Assembly (NCBI RefSeq): GCF_963921235.1
Contig: NC_086118.1
Span: 12,092,001 to 12,156,000 of the forward strand
Length of the DNA stretch: 64,000 nucleotides
Direction of reading: 5' to 3'
Source: Mobula hypostoma
Lineage: Eukaryota
The stretch's first letter is position 1. Every line of letters starts with the position of its first letter. Position numbers and translations under genes: made by a program. Below are positions 26,830 to 39,399 of this stretch, piece by piece. The notes beneath the pieces were generated by a model that searched no databases, was not told the DNA's origin, and saw nothing but the letters and a program-made list of their open reading frames with translations.

Positions 26830-27375
26830 CAAATTCAAAGTTGAGTTTATTATCAGGTACACAAGCATGTCTCTGCACAGGTGCAGTGAGAAACTTACTT
26901 TCAGCAACATCAGATAAACAGCATTTACACAAGGAAAACATAAACACAATTTTTAGAAGAAAGAGTACAATTAGCACTATAAAGCACTAAGACTAAATTA
27001 GTGCAAGGTGATTTGACTGGTTGTAGGGTTTCTAAACTGTAACGTTTAGGGTTTTTTATGGTTAGTTCAAGGACTGAATGGTTAAAGGGAAACAGCTGTT
27101 CATGGACTTGTGTGGGATTTCAGACTTCTGTACCTCCTGCCCAATGGTAGTTGCAAGAAGATGGCGTGTCCTGGATGGTAAGGATCTTTGACGATAGATG
27201 TTGTCTTCTTGAGTTTGTGCCTCAGGTAGATGTTACTGATGGTGGGGACTGATGTACCGGCGATGTATTGGGCAGAGTCCACGATGCTCTGCATTCTCTT
27301 ACATCTCTGTGCATTTGAATTGCTGCACTGGACCATGATGCACCTGCTTGGGATACTTTCAATAATGTGTCCGGA
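26830..27375 (-). mobile_element. Rex1/Babar LINE 3' fragment
   Basis: ORF 27100-27396 MQSIVDSAQYIAGTSVP..KDPYHPGHAIFLQLPLGRRYRSLK; ttcaaagttgagtttatt tail. Confidence 0.8.
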
Positions 27376-28864
27376 GAAGCAGACAACGTTAGACATAAAG
27401 ACTATTTTTAAAAACCTTTACTTGCATAGTTTCACCCCACGTATAATAGCATCTTATCAACTATGGGAGGACTCCACAGCATCAACACCTCTCCTACCTT
27501 TGCACCTCAGTCAGAAATTTAGTGAGACTAGAGCTTGGTTAAACTTCTGCCCCCTCTGCTCAAGAACAAAAAAGGAAATTTGTAGGGAGTACAAATCATA
27601 CTGGTTGTGTAGAGGTAAATAAATTAAACCAACAGATTGTTCTTATTAGAATTACTAACTATAGCTTACATTTAGAGAAGGCATTTCTTACTATTAAAAT
27701 GTGTAACACAGGTATGTGGAAAATTAAACTGGTGTAGACAGAGGTGTGCACATAGAGCAAACATTCATTACATGAGGACTCAAGTGAAGAGGGAAAATTG
27801 GCTGCAACAGAATGTTGATCTTCAGAAAAATGTGTAAGGCTATGGTGGAGCGAAGTGTAATGTGCAAAGAATGGACAAGTCAACGTTGAAGGGTGTCTTG
27901 GAGAATACGGAGGCTGACCAATGGAGCCTGGGCAAACAGTGAAGGCGAGAGACAACAGGGTTTGGATACTAAATGGAACTGAACTCAAGAAGACATTGAT
28001 ATTTATGTAGGATGCAATGTTAGAAATTGGAAAGGAAATCAAACCTTGAATTAACAAAATGCAAGATTAAAGTGGAAGTTTACATCCAGGCATTCCTAAC
28101 AGACTTTTTACCACACATGGTAATATGACTGACGTGAAACAGCTTGAGAGTAGTTCATTTGTATTGGGCAGAACTCAGAAGGGATACATTTACAGCTGGT
28201 ACAAAATTGGTCACATTTGCAATGAATGAATAGGGTTAGTAAAGGCAGACTGGAACTGAGCCAATCCCACCAGAAGGTGCCAGGTTTGGTTTTCAGGGTG
28301 TGTCATTTTAATCATAACAATTATGGCTCGAACTGTGTTAGCGAGCACGGGCAAAATCAGTGGGAATTCTTACTGCTGTATGCTGGTCTCTGTGGAAATG
28401 TGGGTGACTGGATTGAGCTCTGTATTCAGACCAGCTCAAGAATGATAAAGCTGACAATGCTTTGGGCTTTTGTATTGTGAAAAATAGCAACTTTAGATAG
28501 AAGCAAGATGATACTTTATTCAGTAGCGCAAGTTGATATTTCAGGAGAGGGAATGATAGGAAATTAAATTGTATGGTTAAAGTCAGTAATGTATTTTATT
28601 TATATGCTTAAGCTCTTATTTCTAATTACTTATTCACTGTGTACATATAGCAAAGAGCTAATGAAGACCCATGAAATGCATTTTGTGGTGTTAATCATAT
28701 GTCCCACGTATGATGATTATCCAATTATCAGATTAATCCATTCAATTGGGCACAAGTAATATTTTAACGGTTCGTTATCGTCTATGTGCTGCACAGATGC
28801 AACTACACAACTGCACTGATTGGTAAGCATCAAACCCTGGGAGAAAAGAATGCAAGCACCTTGA

Positions 28865-29930
28865 TGAATACACACACAAAATGCTGGAGGAACTCAGCAG
28901 GCATGGGAAAGAGGGTGGTGATGGGCAACTTCTGGTATTTCCCCCCACTTTCCTTCACCATTCCCCATTCCTGTTTTCCTCTCTCACGATCTACTTACCT
29001 GCCCATCACCTCCCTCCTGGGCTCCTCCTCCTTCTGTTTCTTCTACGGTCTTCTACCCTCTCCTATCAGATTCACACTCCTCCAGCCCTTTATCTCATTC
29101 ACCAATCAACTTCCCAGTCTTTACTTCATCCCCTCCCCACTCTTCTGGTTTCACCTATCACCTATCATCTATCACCTATCACCTTGTACTTCTTACTGCC
29201 CTCCCCGCACCTTCTTACTCTGACTTATCATCTTTTCTTCTGGTCCTGATGAAGGATCTCAAGGATGTAACTCTGAGCCTTTATTAAAAGAAAACTGGAG
29301 AGGGCTCACTTGGGTATTGTGAACAGTTTTATGCCCCTTATTGTTGAATGGAAACTGGAGAGGATTCAAATGAGGTTCACGACAATGATTCCAGGAGTAA
29401 ATGGCTTGTCAGATGAAGAGCTTTTGATGGCTCACTGGAATTCAGAAGAAAGAGGAGTAACCTCATTGAAACCTATCGAATGGTGAAAGGCCTTGATAAA
29501 GTGAATGTGGAAGGGATGTTTCCTATGGTGGGAGTGTCTAAGACCAAAGGACACAACCTCAGAATAGAGGGGTATCCTTTTAGAATGGAGATGAGAAGGA
29601 ATTTCTTTAGTCAGAGCATAGTGAATCTATGGAATTCATTGCAACAACTGTAGAGTCCAAGTCTTTTTTAAGGCAGAGGTAGATATATTCTTGATTGGTC
29701 AGAGCATGAAGGGATACTGGGCGGTGGGGGAGAGGCAGGAGATTAGGACTAGGAGAAAATGGATGATGAATGGTGGAGCATATTTGATGGGCCAAATGGC
29801 CTAATTCTGCTCCTATATCTTATGGTCTCAGCTCGAAAAGTTGACTCTTAATCATAGATGCTGCCTGGCCTACTGAGTTCCTCCAGCATTATGGATCTGT
29901 TGCTTTGGGTTTCCAGCATCTGCAGATTTT
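28865..29930 (+). mobile_element. PLE terminal repeat interrupted by a CR1 fragment
   Basis: Pyrimidine-rich UTR, then gtcctgatgaaggatctca [CR1] gctcgaaaagttgact..gatgctgcctggcctactgagttcctccagc. Confidence 0.7.
29262..29825 (+). mobile_element. CR1 LINE 3' fragment
   Basis: Decayed RAHLGYCEQF and LIETYRMVKGLDKV motifs; 3' end gggccaaatggcctaattctgctcctatatcttatgg; tctca repeated at both junctions. Confidence 0.85.
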
Positions 29931-30289
29931 TAGATTAGAATAGATTCAACTCCATTGTCATTGTGCAGAGTACAGATACAAAGCCAATGAAATGCAGTTA
30001 GCATCTGACCAGAAATGCAAAGAATAGTGTTATTTACAAAATAACTGCAAATAAAAAGCACACAAATATAAAAGTACTGAGACAGAACAATTGACAGATC
30101 ATGTTTGTGACCTTGGTGAATAATGTGGTTATGAATTGAGGCAGAGACAGGATTAGCTGAGACAGTTTAGCCCAGTCTCATGCAAATCCATACGTAAAAG
30201 TTCTGGTAGAAATATCTTTAGGTGTTGGGAATGCTCTCTATCAACTCTGAGACCTGCTCATCTTCTGTTTCTTGCACCAGGCATACTCT

Positions 30290-30585
30290 GGCACCACAGT
30301 AATGTAGCAGTTAGAATGACACTGTTACAACTCGGGCATCAGAGTTCGGAGTTGAATTCCAATGTCATCTGTAAGGAGTCTGAACATCTTCCCCGTGGAA
30401 TGCATGGATTTCCTCCAGATGCTCCTGTTTCCTCCCACAGTCCAAAGACGTACCAGTTAGTCGGTGAATAAGTCATTGTAAATTGTCCCATGATTAGACT
30501 AGGGTTAAATTGGAAGATTTCTGGGCGGTACAGCTCGAAGAGCTGGAAAGACCTATTCTGTGCTGTATTTCAATAAACAATAAGC
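30290..30585 (+). mobile_element. V-SINE-like element
   Basis: gagttgaattcc, ttccccgtggaatgcatggatttcctccagatgctcctgtttcctcccacagtccaaagacgtacc. Confidence 0.7.
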
Positions 30586-31794
30586 ATTAAAGCTGATTGC
30601 AAAATTTATGTGGAATAGGCATTTGGATGCAGATTTAATGCAAATTAAAGAGATGTTATTGCAAACCTTGTTTTACAAGTATCGTACTACGAAGGATGAA
30701 AATTTTGTACCTTTTTTTTCGAACTTTTACAGTTGTGTCTTTTGGAAATGTCTGTCTCTTAGCAGCCTTCCTGTTCCAAAGCAGTATTGAAGAGTAATAA
30801 TAGTTTAACTTTTTGTTTGTAGACATACTGTAGGTTCAGATTGCAATTAATAATTCCTGTTCACCAACACATTGCAGGTACAATGCCCACAGTTTCCTGA
30901 TCATTCAGTTTAAGCAGATGATTGGAAGTGAGTTTGGAATCTCCTGAAATAGTAGTGCTTATATTATTGACGCACTAAACTGATTTCAAATCAGCTTCTG
31001 TTTTCATGGTCAAAATCATCTGGCCACCACTACCAGTTATTTTCACTGTATAACGAGATTGCCCATACTCCTATCTCTGCTGAAAGCTTCACACCTAAAA
31101 CCCTAAGCCATCTTATCTCTTCTCAATGCTGACAGGCTCACTGCAGCCTTTGCAATTTTTCTTCTTCATTTATAGCTCTATTGTTTAGGTACATTTCGAA
31201 TTACAAAGGAAATACAATTCCTAATCTAGTTCATGCAAAGCCATTATGTCCAGAGACTGCTTTGGCCCTCATAGGTATAAATCAACAGAATAAATTTTTT
31301 ATGGGTTGTTCAGAATTCTCTGTGGACTGGCAAGAGGCTTTACTTTTTTAAAATTTAATTACAATTATTAATTTGTTCCATTTTGTTATATTTTCTACAA
31401 TACACCAAGGGGCAGGAATCCTCTGATCTGTTGTTAATGCTTATTAAGATATTCTATCTTCTTCCACAAATGTATGCAACAAAGTTTATGCTGCATGGAA
31501 GACTTCCATTTTCCATGGCAGTCACTCAGTCACTATTATTCAGCATAATAAAGGAAATCTTGTTCTGCATGGCACCCCACTGTTGCCTGGCTTGCAAAGC
31601 ATGAATGGATTTTCATGTTGCACTTATAATTTTAACTTCCATAAACACCCCAGTAGGTTTTACAAACCCTATTGAACTTACTTGCCTCTGAAGATTAAGT
31701 TATTAAATTGGTAAGTTGGTTTATTACAATCACGTACTGAGGTAAGGTGAAAAACTTGTTTCATTACAACAGTGGTACAAGGGAAAACAATAAC

Positions 31795-32225
31795 AGGCTT
31801 ATCATTTGAGGAGCATTTGATGGCACTGGGCCTGTACTGATGAGAATTCAGAAGACTGAGGGGGGATCTCATTGAAACCTTTCGAATGTTGAAAGGCCTG
31901 GATAGAATGGATGTGTTGAGGGTGTTTCTTATGGTGGAGTCTAAGACTAGAGGGCCATCCAACTTGAACGGAGATGAGGAGGAACTTCTTTAGCCAGAGA
32001 GTGGTGAATTCGTTTGCCTCAGGCAGCTGGAAAAGCCAAGTCATTGGGTATGTTTAAGGCAGAGTTTGATAGATTCTTGATTTGTCAGGGTATGAGGGGA
32101 TACGGGGAGAAGGTGGGAGGTTGGGACTGAGAGGGAAATGGATCAGCCATGATGAAATGATGGAGCAGACTCGATGGGCCAAATGGCCTATTTCTGCTCC
32201 TATATTTTATGGTTTTGTGGTCTTA
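31795..32225 (+). mobile_element. CR1 LINE 3' fragment
   Basis: EEHLMALGLY..EFRRLRGDLIETFRMLKGLDR; same 3' end as 29800. Confidence 0.85.
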
Positions 32226-32629
32226 AATGCTGAATGAAGAGAAAGTCAGTGCAGTAAGCCAATAAGGAGAAAGGCCATGATGAAATAGATTGTGAGGTCA
32301 AGAGTTCATCTTACCTTAATGGAGTGCTATTCAATGGTCTTCTAACAGTGGGGTGGAACCTGTTGTTGAACCTGGTGGGACGTGCTTCCAGGCTTTTGTA
32401 TCTTCTGCTCTGTGGGAGGGTAGAGAAAAGAGAATGTCAGAGGTGGGTAGGGTCTTTGATTATGTTGGCTACATTACTGAGGCAGCAGGAAGGGAAGACA
32501 AAGTCCATGGAGGGGAGGCTGGTTTCAGCGAGGTACTGAGATATCCAAACTCTCTGAAGTGTCTTGAGGTCTCGGCAGGGCAGTTACTGAATCATAGATT
32601 AATGAAAACAAAATAACATCAGTCACTAT

Positions 32630-33025
32630 GAAATGTATTCTGAGCAGTTTTGGACCCCTTATCTAAGAAAAGATGTGCTGACATTGGAGAGGGTGCAGAG
32701 GAAGTTCATGAAAGTTATTCCAGGAATGAAAGGGTTAATGTATGAGGAGCATTTGATGGCTCTGGGCCTGTACTCACTGGAGTTCAGGAGAATGAGAGGG
32801 GATCCCTTTGAAATCTATAGAACATTGAAAGGCCTGGATGAAGTGGATATGGAAAAGAGGGAGAATACTAACACAACCTCAGAAAAAAGGAATGTCCCTT
32901 TAGAGCAAATATGAGGAGGGATTTCTTTCGCCTGAAAGTGGTGATTCATTGATAGAATATCGGAGGAGACTCAATGGGTAGAGTGGCCTAATTCTATTCC
33001 TGTATCTTATCATCTCATGGTCTTA
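32630..33025 (+). mobile_element. CR1 LINE 3' fragment, internally deleted
   Basis: ORF 32633 QFWTPYLRKDVLTLERVQRKF..YEEHLMALGLYSLEFRRMRGD. Confidence 0.85.
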
Positions 33026-34762
33026 TGGCAGCTACCTGTGATGGCTGTTGTAAATTTCCTGAGTCATTGGATGATAGAGTCAAAGTTGAGCAGCTGAACT
33101 GATAATGGAATTGGTTATTGTCACATGAACTGAGATACAGTGAAAAACTTGTCTTGCATACTGTCTGTACTCTTGTATGCAGTTGCCAGAATTTAGTGGG
33201 GAAACATCTCTCACTTGTGCAGGGGAGAAATGTACAAAGACATAATGTGAGTAGGAAACAAGGGTCTGCAGATGCTGGGATCTGGAGTAACAAACAATCT
33301 GCTGGAGGAACTCAACCAGTCAAGCAGCATCTGTGAGAGGAAAGGAATTGTCAACATTTCGGGTTGAAACCCCATATGAGGATTGATACAGGGTTTTGAC
33401 CCAAAATATTGACAATTCCTTTCTTCCTTCAGGTGCTGTGTAACGTGAGCTGTTGTGCTTAAACTGTAGACATTTCCCAACAAAAAGGAGGAAATTAGAA
33501 ATCTCCGGTGTTAACTGTTGTCTAAACTAAATTTATTTTTGAAGCTTAATTGAGAACCTAAAAAGAAGCAGGGGGGGGGTTTTAGTGAGCTTTGTAGATT
33601 CTTCAGAACATGGCTTAGAAAACATGTTTGCTACTGTCTGAATGAATCAGCTGACTGCAATATCAGATCCACCCTTCAGGGAACCAAATGTGGGAGGGAC
33701 AGCAAGCCCCAGTGGAAGCCAAAGGTTGCAAACAGGTCATTTGACCATCTTGTTATTCAATTTTATGGAGCATTAACAACCATAGATTTTGACTTACCAC
33801 AATTTGTGAGATGTGTATGTTGCTAAGCATTTGTACTGCTGTAGTCAAAAGGTTTTTAGCCTGGAATGAGTCAACAACGCTGTAAATTAATTCAAAGGAA
33901 AAGATGAGTTGTTACACACTTCCACTTTGCTGCATCAGACGAACCCATCTGCTGTGTACAGCTCCAAATGCTCTGATGAATGGCTATTTAACATCAATGA
34001 GACTGGGCGTGAAAGGAGCTAAATTTGACAGCCCCAGAAATGGTTGTGGTGTTGGGAGTGTGCAATTGATCCATTGATTGTAATGCAAGAATCACACCTG
34101 ATCATTATGGTGATTTTGCAATGACCCTGTGCTGACTTTGTTGGGAGTGTAGCAAGCACCAGCTCAGTCTAACCTGTGTTACCTAAAGCCAATCTGCTCC
34201 CATTAGAATGGAGATCATCGTGGCTGGAGCAGGTACTGGGAGATGTTCAACCAATGAATCTGATTTGGGGGGAAAATGAGGAATGGGACAATGTAGGAGA
34301 GACTGCCTTGATGACAATTTGTTGCAGACCTTTCCAGAGTTGGGAGCTCATTATTTCTAATGTCTAAGTGATGGACAATTCTGTTGAAACAATTGTTAGT
34401 TTAACTAAGGTACACACATTGATGGCTGGTGATTTTATCTCTGCTGCATATGTTACAGAGTTGCATTGGAAACTCACATTACTTTACAATGGTGGTGAAT
34501 ATTGGTAGCCCGGGTTGAGTCTTCTGATGTTATGGTGTTCACCGAGCTTGGCAATTAGCTTGCAGACATTTCATCACAGGTCAGGGTGATGTCCTTGGTG
34601 TGCAGCTGTTGATGTTCTCTCTGGGAGAGTTTGCATTTATATTGCACCCCCCTCCCCCATTTGCTTGCCTCGGTTCTGATTGGCTATCCCTTCAGTTGAC
34701 CTTTGGCTTGTGTTTCTTTGGCTCTTAGGTGCTCGTAGATGACATTTATTTCAATATAAGCA

Positions 34763-34857
34763 ACACACACAAAATGCTGGAGGAACTCAGCAGGCCAGGC
34801 AGCATCCATGGAAAAGAGTAAACAGTCAATGTTTTGGGCCAAGACCCTTCATCAGTC
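34763..34857 (-). mobile_element. PLE terminal fragment with degenerate hammerhead
   Basis: acacacaaaatgctggaggaactcagcaggccaggcagcatcc..cagtcaatgttttgggccaagacccttcatcagtc. Confidence 0.7.
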
Positions 34858-34989
34858 TTTTTCAATGTGTTTGTGCACGGAGTTAACAGCAGAGAACAAC
34901 ACTTCTAAAAATTCTCACGCCTGCCTCATGTTTGCCTGCGCCAAATGAAGGTGTAGCCAATCAGGGCAGAGGGAAGCCCATTCTCTGTA

Positions 34990-35266
34990 AATTCTAGAGA
35001 CTGTTGTGCGTGAAAATCCCAGGAAATCAGCAGTTTCAAACCACCCCGTCTGGCACCAACAATCATTCCACGGTTAAACCACGGTCAAATTCACTTAGAT
35101 CACATTTCTTCCCTATTCTGATGTTTGGGCTGAACAACAAGTCAACTGCTTGACTATGCCTGCGTGCTCTTATGCAATGAGCTGCCGCCACATGATTGGA
35201 TGATTAGATATTTGCATTAATAAGCAGTTGCACAGGTGGACCTAAAAGAGTGGTCGCTGAGTGAAT
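34990..35266. mobile_element. Tc1-like non-autonomous DNA transposon fragment
   Basis: cgtctggcaccaacaatcattccacgg..tcacttagatcacatttcttcc and a right end ggtggacctaaaagagtggtcgctgagtg, resembling Tc1 terminal repeats of fish. Confidence 0.6.
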
Positions 35267-35959
35267 ATGTTCTTTCACGTTCGAGTATGGTTAAGATTAG
35301 AATTTGGACTAGGACGAGAGTTAGTAACATGGCCGTCACCCCGTGCATGCTAGCTAAGCGTGTGTAAGATGATCATTAGTCTGCAGCTAAGCCACCCCGG
35401 TAACCTTTTGTTAGTTGTGGTGGCGACAGTGCAGCTGGCATAAGAGACCGCCAGAAAATAAATTCTGCAAAGTAATTAATGTTGACCTGCACTATTTCTT
35501 ACCTATAGTCAGTTGGCAGTTAGTCAGAGAAGGTGAGGAATCTCTTTTCACTTTATCTATAAAGCAGAGAGGGCAAGCATTGCACACAGAGTGATGTACA
35601 AGTAGTTGGTGCCCCCCTCTCCCCACATTATGGGAAGCACCGCTGAGAAGATATATAGGTTTTCAGTCCACTGTAATCCCTTGCAGTGCTATTTCTTTAC
35701 TAATATCGATTTTATTAAGCTCTTCATTTCCAGTGATACCTGGACTTTCTGCTATATCCAAACTATTTTTCATTTCCGTTGTGGGCAGGTACAAATCCTC
35801 CCCCATTTAAAATTTCCCTGTCAGTAAGCGACCACTTCTTTCTAAATTCTGTCTTGTTACATTCCTACTGAAACTTTCGCAGGTCATTTTTATTTCTCCC
35901 CGTATTATGTTCTTTTACTTCACTCTTACATTCTCATTCTCCCTCTAGCTCAGTCAGAA

Positions 35960-36715
35960 TGAGAATTGGGTTTATGATCTCTAGATGTTGTGAAATTTGT
36001 TGTTTTTTTGGCAGCAGTACATTGCAATACATAATAATAAAAATGCAATAAGAAATGTGCATATATATATATTCAAAAAGTAGTGCAAAAAGAGAGCAAA
36101 AAAAGAAAAGAAGTCAAGTAGTGTATGTGGGTTCATCATCCATTCAGAGATCTTGATGTCTGTGGGGAAGGAGCCGTTGCTAAAATGTTGAGTGTGTGTC
36201 TTCCGGCTCCTGTATCACCTCCTTGATGGTAGCAATGAGAAGAGGGCATGTCCTGGGTTTAGGTCCTTAATGACAGATGCTACCAATTTGAGGCATCTCC
36301 TTTTGAAGATGTCATTGATGTTGGGGAGGCTAGTGTCCAAGATGGAGCTGGCTGAGCTGAGAACTTTCTGCAGCTTTTTGTGATCCTGTGCAATCACCCC
36401 TCCATACCAGAGAGTGATGTAACCAGTTAGAAAGCTCTCCATGGTACATTTGTAGATATTTGCAAGAATTTTTGGTATCGTACCAAGTCTCCTCAAACTA
36501 ATGAAATATAGCTGCTGTCAAGCCTTCTCTGTAATTGCATGAATATATTAGGCCCAGGAAGGATCTTTAGAGATGTTGACACACAGGAGCTTGAAACTGC
36601 TCACTGTTTCCACTGCTAATCCCTCAACGACTGGCGTGTGTTATCTCGATTTCCCCTTGCTGAAGTCCACAATCAGTTCCTTGGTCTTATTGATGTTGAG
36701 TGCAAGGTTATTGTT
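35960..36715 (-). mobile_element. Rex1/Babar LINE 3' fragment
   Basis: ORF 36215-36496 LANIYKCTMESFLTGYITLWYG..KKLQKV..HALFSLLPS. Confidence 0.8.
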
Positions 36716-38937
36716 CTCCCACAGCCCCTCCTCCCCTCCCTTTCCCTTCATCTATTTCTTGGTTATGTTTTGCTAAATTTTAAATTTCTCCAGGTATTAC
36801 TTTGTCATCTCATGTTATAAAATCCATGATCTAAGTTAAAACTTTTTCTTCTTTCTTTGTTCATTCCTCTTTTTCCTCCTTTGCTAGTTTCTTTATTTCT
36901 CAATTACTTGTCAGTCTCTGAGTCAAACTGCACATTTCAAAACCAAACATATATCAACCGTCAGAAGGCAGTGCCACCCACAATTCAAAAACTGTCATTA
37001 ATGCTACACAAAAGATGAAATTGCTTAGATTTAGTACCTTTCTGTTTTCTCACAGAGGTATCAACCTGTTCATTTCAAATGGTTTAACGTCTCCATTAAA
37101 ACAGCAGTAAAGGACAATGGGCAGGAAGCCTTAGAGTTACTGCAAGCAGTAACTTACAACATTTGACCTTGCCAAGACTTAAGAGACAGGCTAGTGATGG
37201 ATTCTAATTGGCTGTGGAAGTTGTTCACAGACATGACTATTACATCCATTCCCACAGAAATTGAAAGGACAAAATTCCAATTACCCCGGAAAAAAATTCC
37301 ACAGTCAGTAGTGCTAAACGCCCTATTTTGGAATAGCTGTGCATTTCAGTCTACTTCAAGGATTGAAGTAGATGGGAATTAACTAAATTTTACATACACA
37401 AGAGATTCTGCAGATGTTGGAAATCCAGAGTAACAATACTCAAAATACTGGAGGAATCCAGTAGGTCAGGCAGCATATATGGAAAGGAATAAAGAGTTGC
37501 TGTTTTGGGATGAGACCCTGAATCAGGAGCTGATGAGGGTGAAATTGGAAGTGTAATGTCATACAGGAGTTACTTTGGAAAACTTCGGAGTAGAACATGC
37601 AGGTGAAATTACAGGGGAATTTGAGAAATCAAAGATAGGGTATGGCAAATACAAAGTCTAAATAGCAGGAGGATTACAAAGGAAATAATAGGGCCTATAG
37701 GGGAATAAGATGGTAAGTGGTATGTGAAGAAGGAAGAGGAATCCCAGTTAGAGCCATTGTATTGTACAAAGAGAGGAAAGCACAGAATGCATGCATAGAA
37801 AAACTGCCTAATTGTGCACAGTCAAGTCTGACAAACAGCAATGTATTAATAACTGGATAATCAGTTCTGGAGACAGTGATTGAGTGGACATATTAGGCTG
37901 CATACAGGGGAAAAACATCTTTAAGTTGATGCTGAAGGAACCATTGCTGAGCAGGCAGTGAAAGTCTTAATTTAACAGCTCTCTCGAAAAGCAAACCTTT
38001 TGACAGTGCCACCACTGCATAATTACAAAGAAGTAATATTATTGGAAGGAGGCTTTTGTCTATTTCAGTACCTCAAGTGTCTGGAGCTTGTTAAGATAAT
38101 GCTATTGGTCTAAATTGCATGTGGCAAGGTTCCAAACAACAGGTATGGAAGAAAGGTTAGTCCAAACAACAGACCTAGCCTTTGCTGAGCTGTCACAGTG
38201 AATGCAATAGGAAATGTGGGTTTTTGAGCCAGATTTGTTTTGCTGCATGCAGCTTATTTTCTACACACTCTTGTCTCACTGATAAATAGCAGAGGTGCCG
38301 ATTTACGATATTCACCAGAGCTGACACTGCCCTACAAAGACGGGCACTCAGAAATAATGTGCAACTTCACCAAGTACCTGGAATAAATCCCTGTGAAGAA
38401 AGGCACTGCCTGAAAGTGATGTAGCGGTTCCTCTATCTGGATCAAATTGCTGGATCCATGGCTGCGTTCTGGGATCACGTTCTGCTGCTTGTTATCCTGC
38501 TGAAACAGAGGCCTAATTGATCTTTGGGATGCCAAAGTGAGCCCTGAGGTAGTTTTGTAGCTAAATCTACTGATGGTCCCAATGTTCTGTTGTTTGAACC
38601 TTGTGGGGCAGAGGGATAAATGGGCAGGGCTGCAAGAGACAGCACTCCTTTGGCAGCATGTCCTACATTGGAAGCAGCGATATTGAATCTGTCAAGTGGA
38701 ATGTTATGCACATCCTCCTGGCATCTGATTAATCTTCCCCCAGTGGAAGTGTTTTTGCCCTGGTGAATTTCAGGAATATTGAAAATAGGAAGGGAATTTT
38801 ATAGGAAGATCATTGGTGTCTGATGGAGCCATTAAGGCACAGTACATGGACTTCATACCATGTTGTTGTTCAATGATAGTTACTCTGTGGAAATTAACAA
38901 TCTCTGTGATAGGATGTTTTACTGTTTAATGTGATAT

Positions 38938-39398
38938 TGTCATCGCTGATAATAAAGTAAAATAACTAAAATAACTGGGCCCAGAATATACACACTCTTA
39001 TGACTCAAGCATTCTTTTCATTTTACTGCTGCACAGGGAGAAAAGCATAGGCCACTGTCACCCACACTGCTCTAAGTCCAAACAGAAAACTGCTATTTTT
39101 ACACAGGATTGGCTTATCAGTTACAGATATTCATATTGTATATGTTTGAATTCCTTACTCACCAGATCAATCGCCATTCACAATAGACAGGTTAAAGTCA
39201 ATCGAAACTTTAAGTGACACACATAAAAGTTGCTGGTGAACGCAGCAGGCCAGGCAGCATCTCTAGGAAGAGGTACAGTCGACGTTTCGGGCCGAGACCC
39301 TTCGTCATGATGTTTTGAAGTTAGTGAAGATGATAGAGCCTTAGTTGTTGGGTATATTTCACATCTCTCTATTACCCTTATCTTGTCTGCATCTAGCA
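38938..39398 (-). repeat. ERV 3' LTR, containing a PLE fragment at 39217-39307
   Basis: tgtcatcgctgataataaa..ctcttatgactcaa..gttaaagtcaat..catgatgttttgaagttagt..catctagca; colinear with 59398-59760; TG...CA ends; short purine tract AGTAGGAGG just upstream on the minus strand. Confidence 0.85.
39217..39307 (-). mobile_element. PLE terminal fragment inserted in the 3' LTR, hammerhead truncated in its core
   Basis: Shares caggcagcatctctaggaagaggtacagtcgacgtttcgggccgagacccttcgtca with 10683-10739; absent from the other LTR. Confidence 0.8.
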
Positions 39399-39399
39399 C

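Noticed and set aside
1..38900. Host protein-coding exons
   Set aside because: The short ORFs show no recognisable domains outside transposon fragments; small exons cannot be excluded without transcript data
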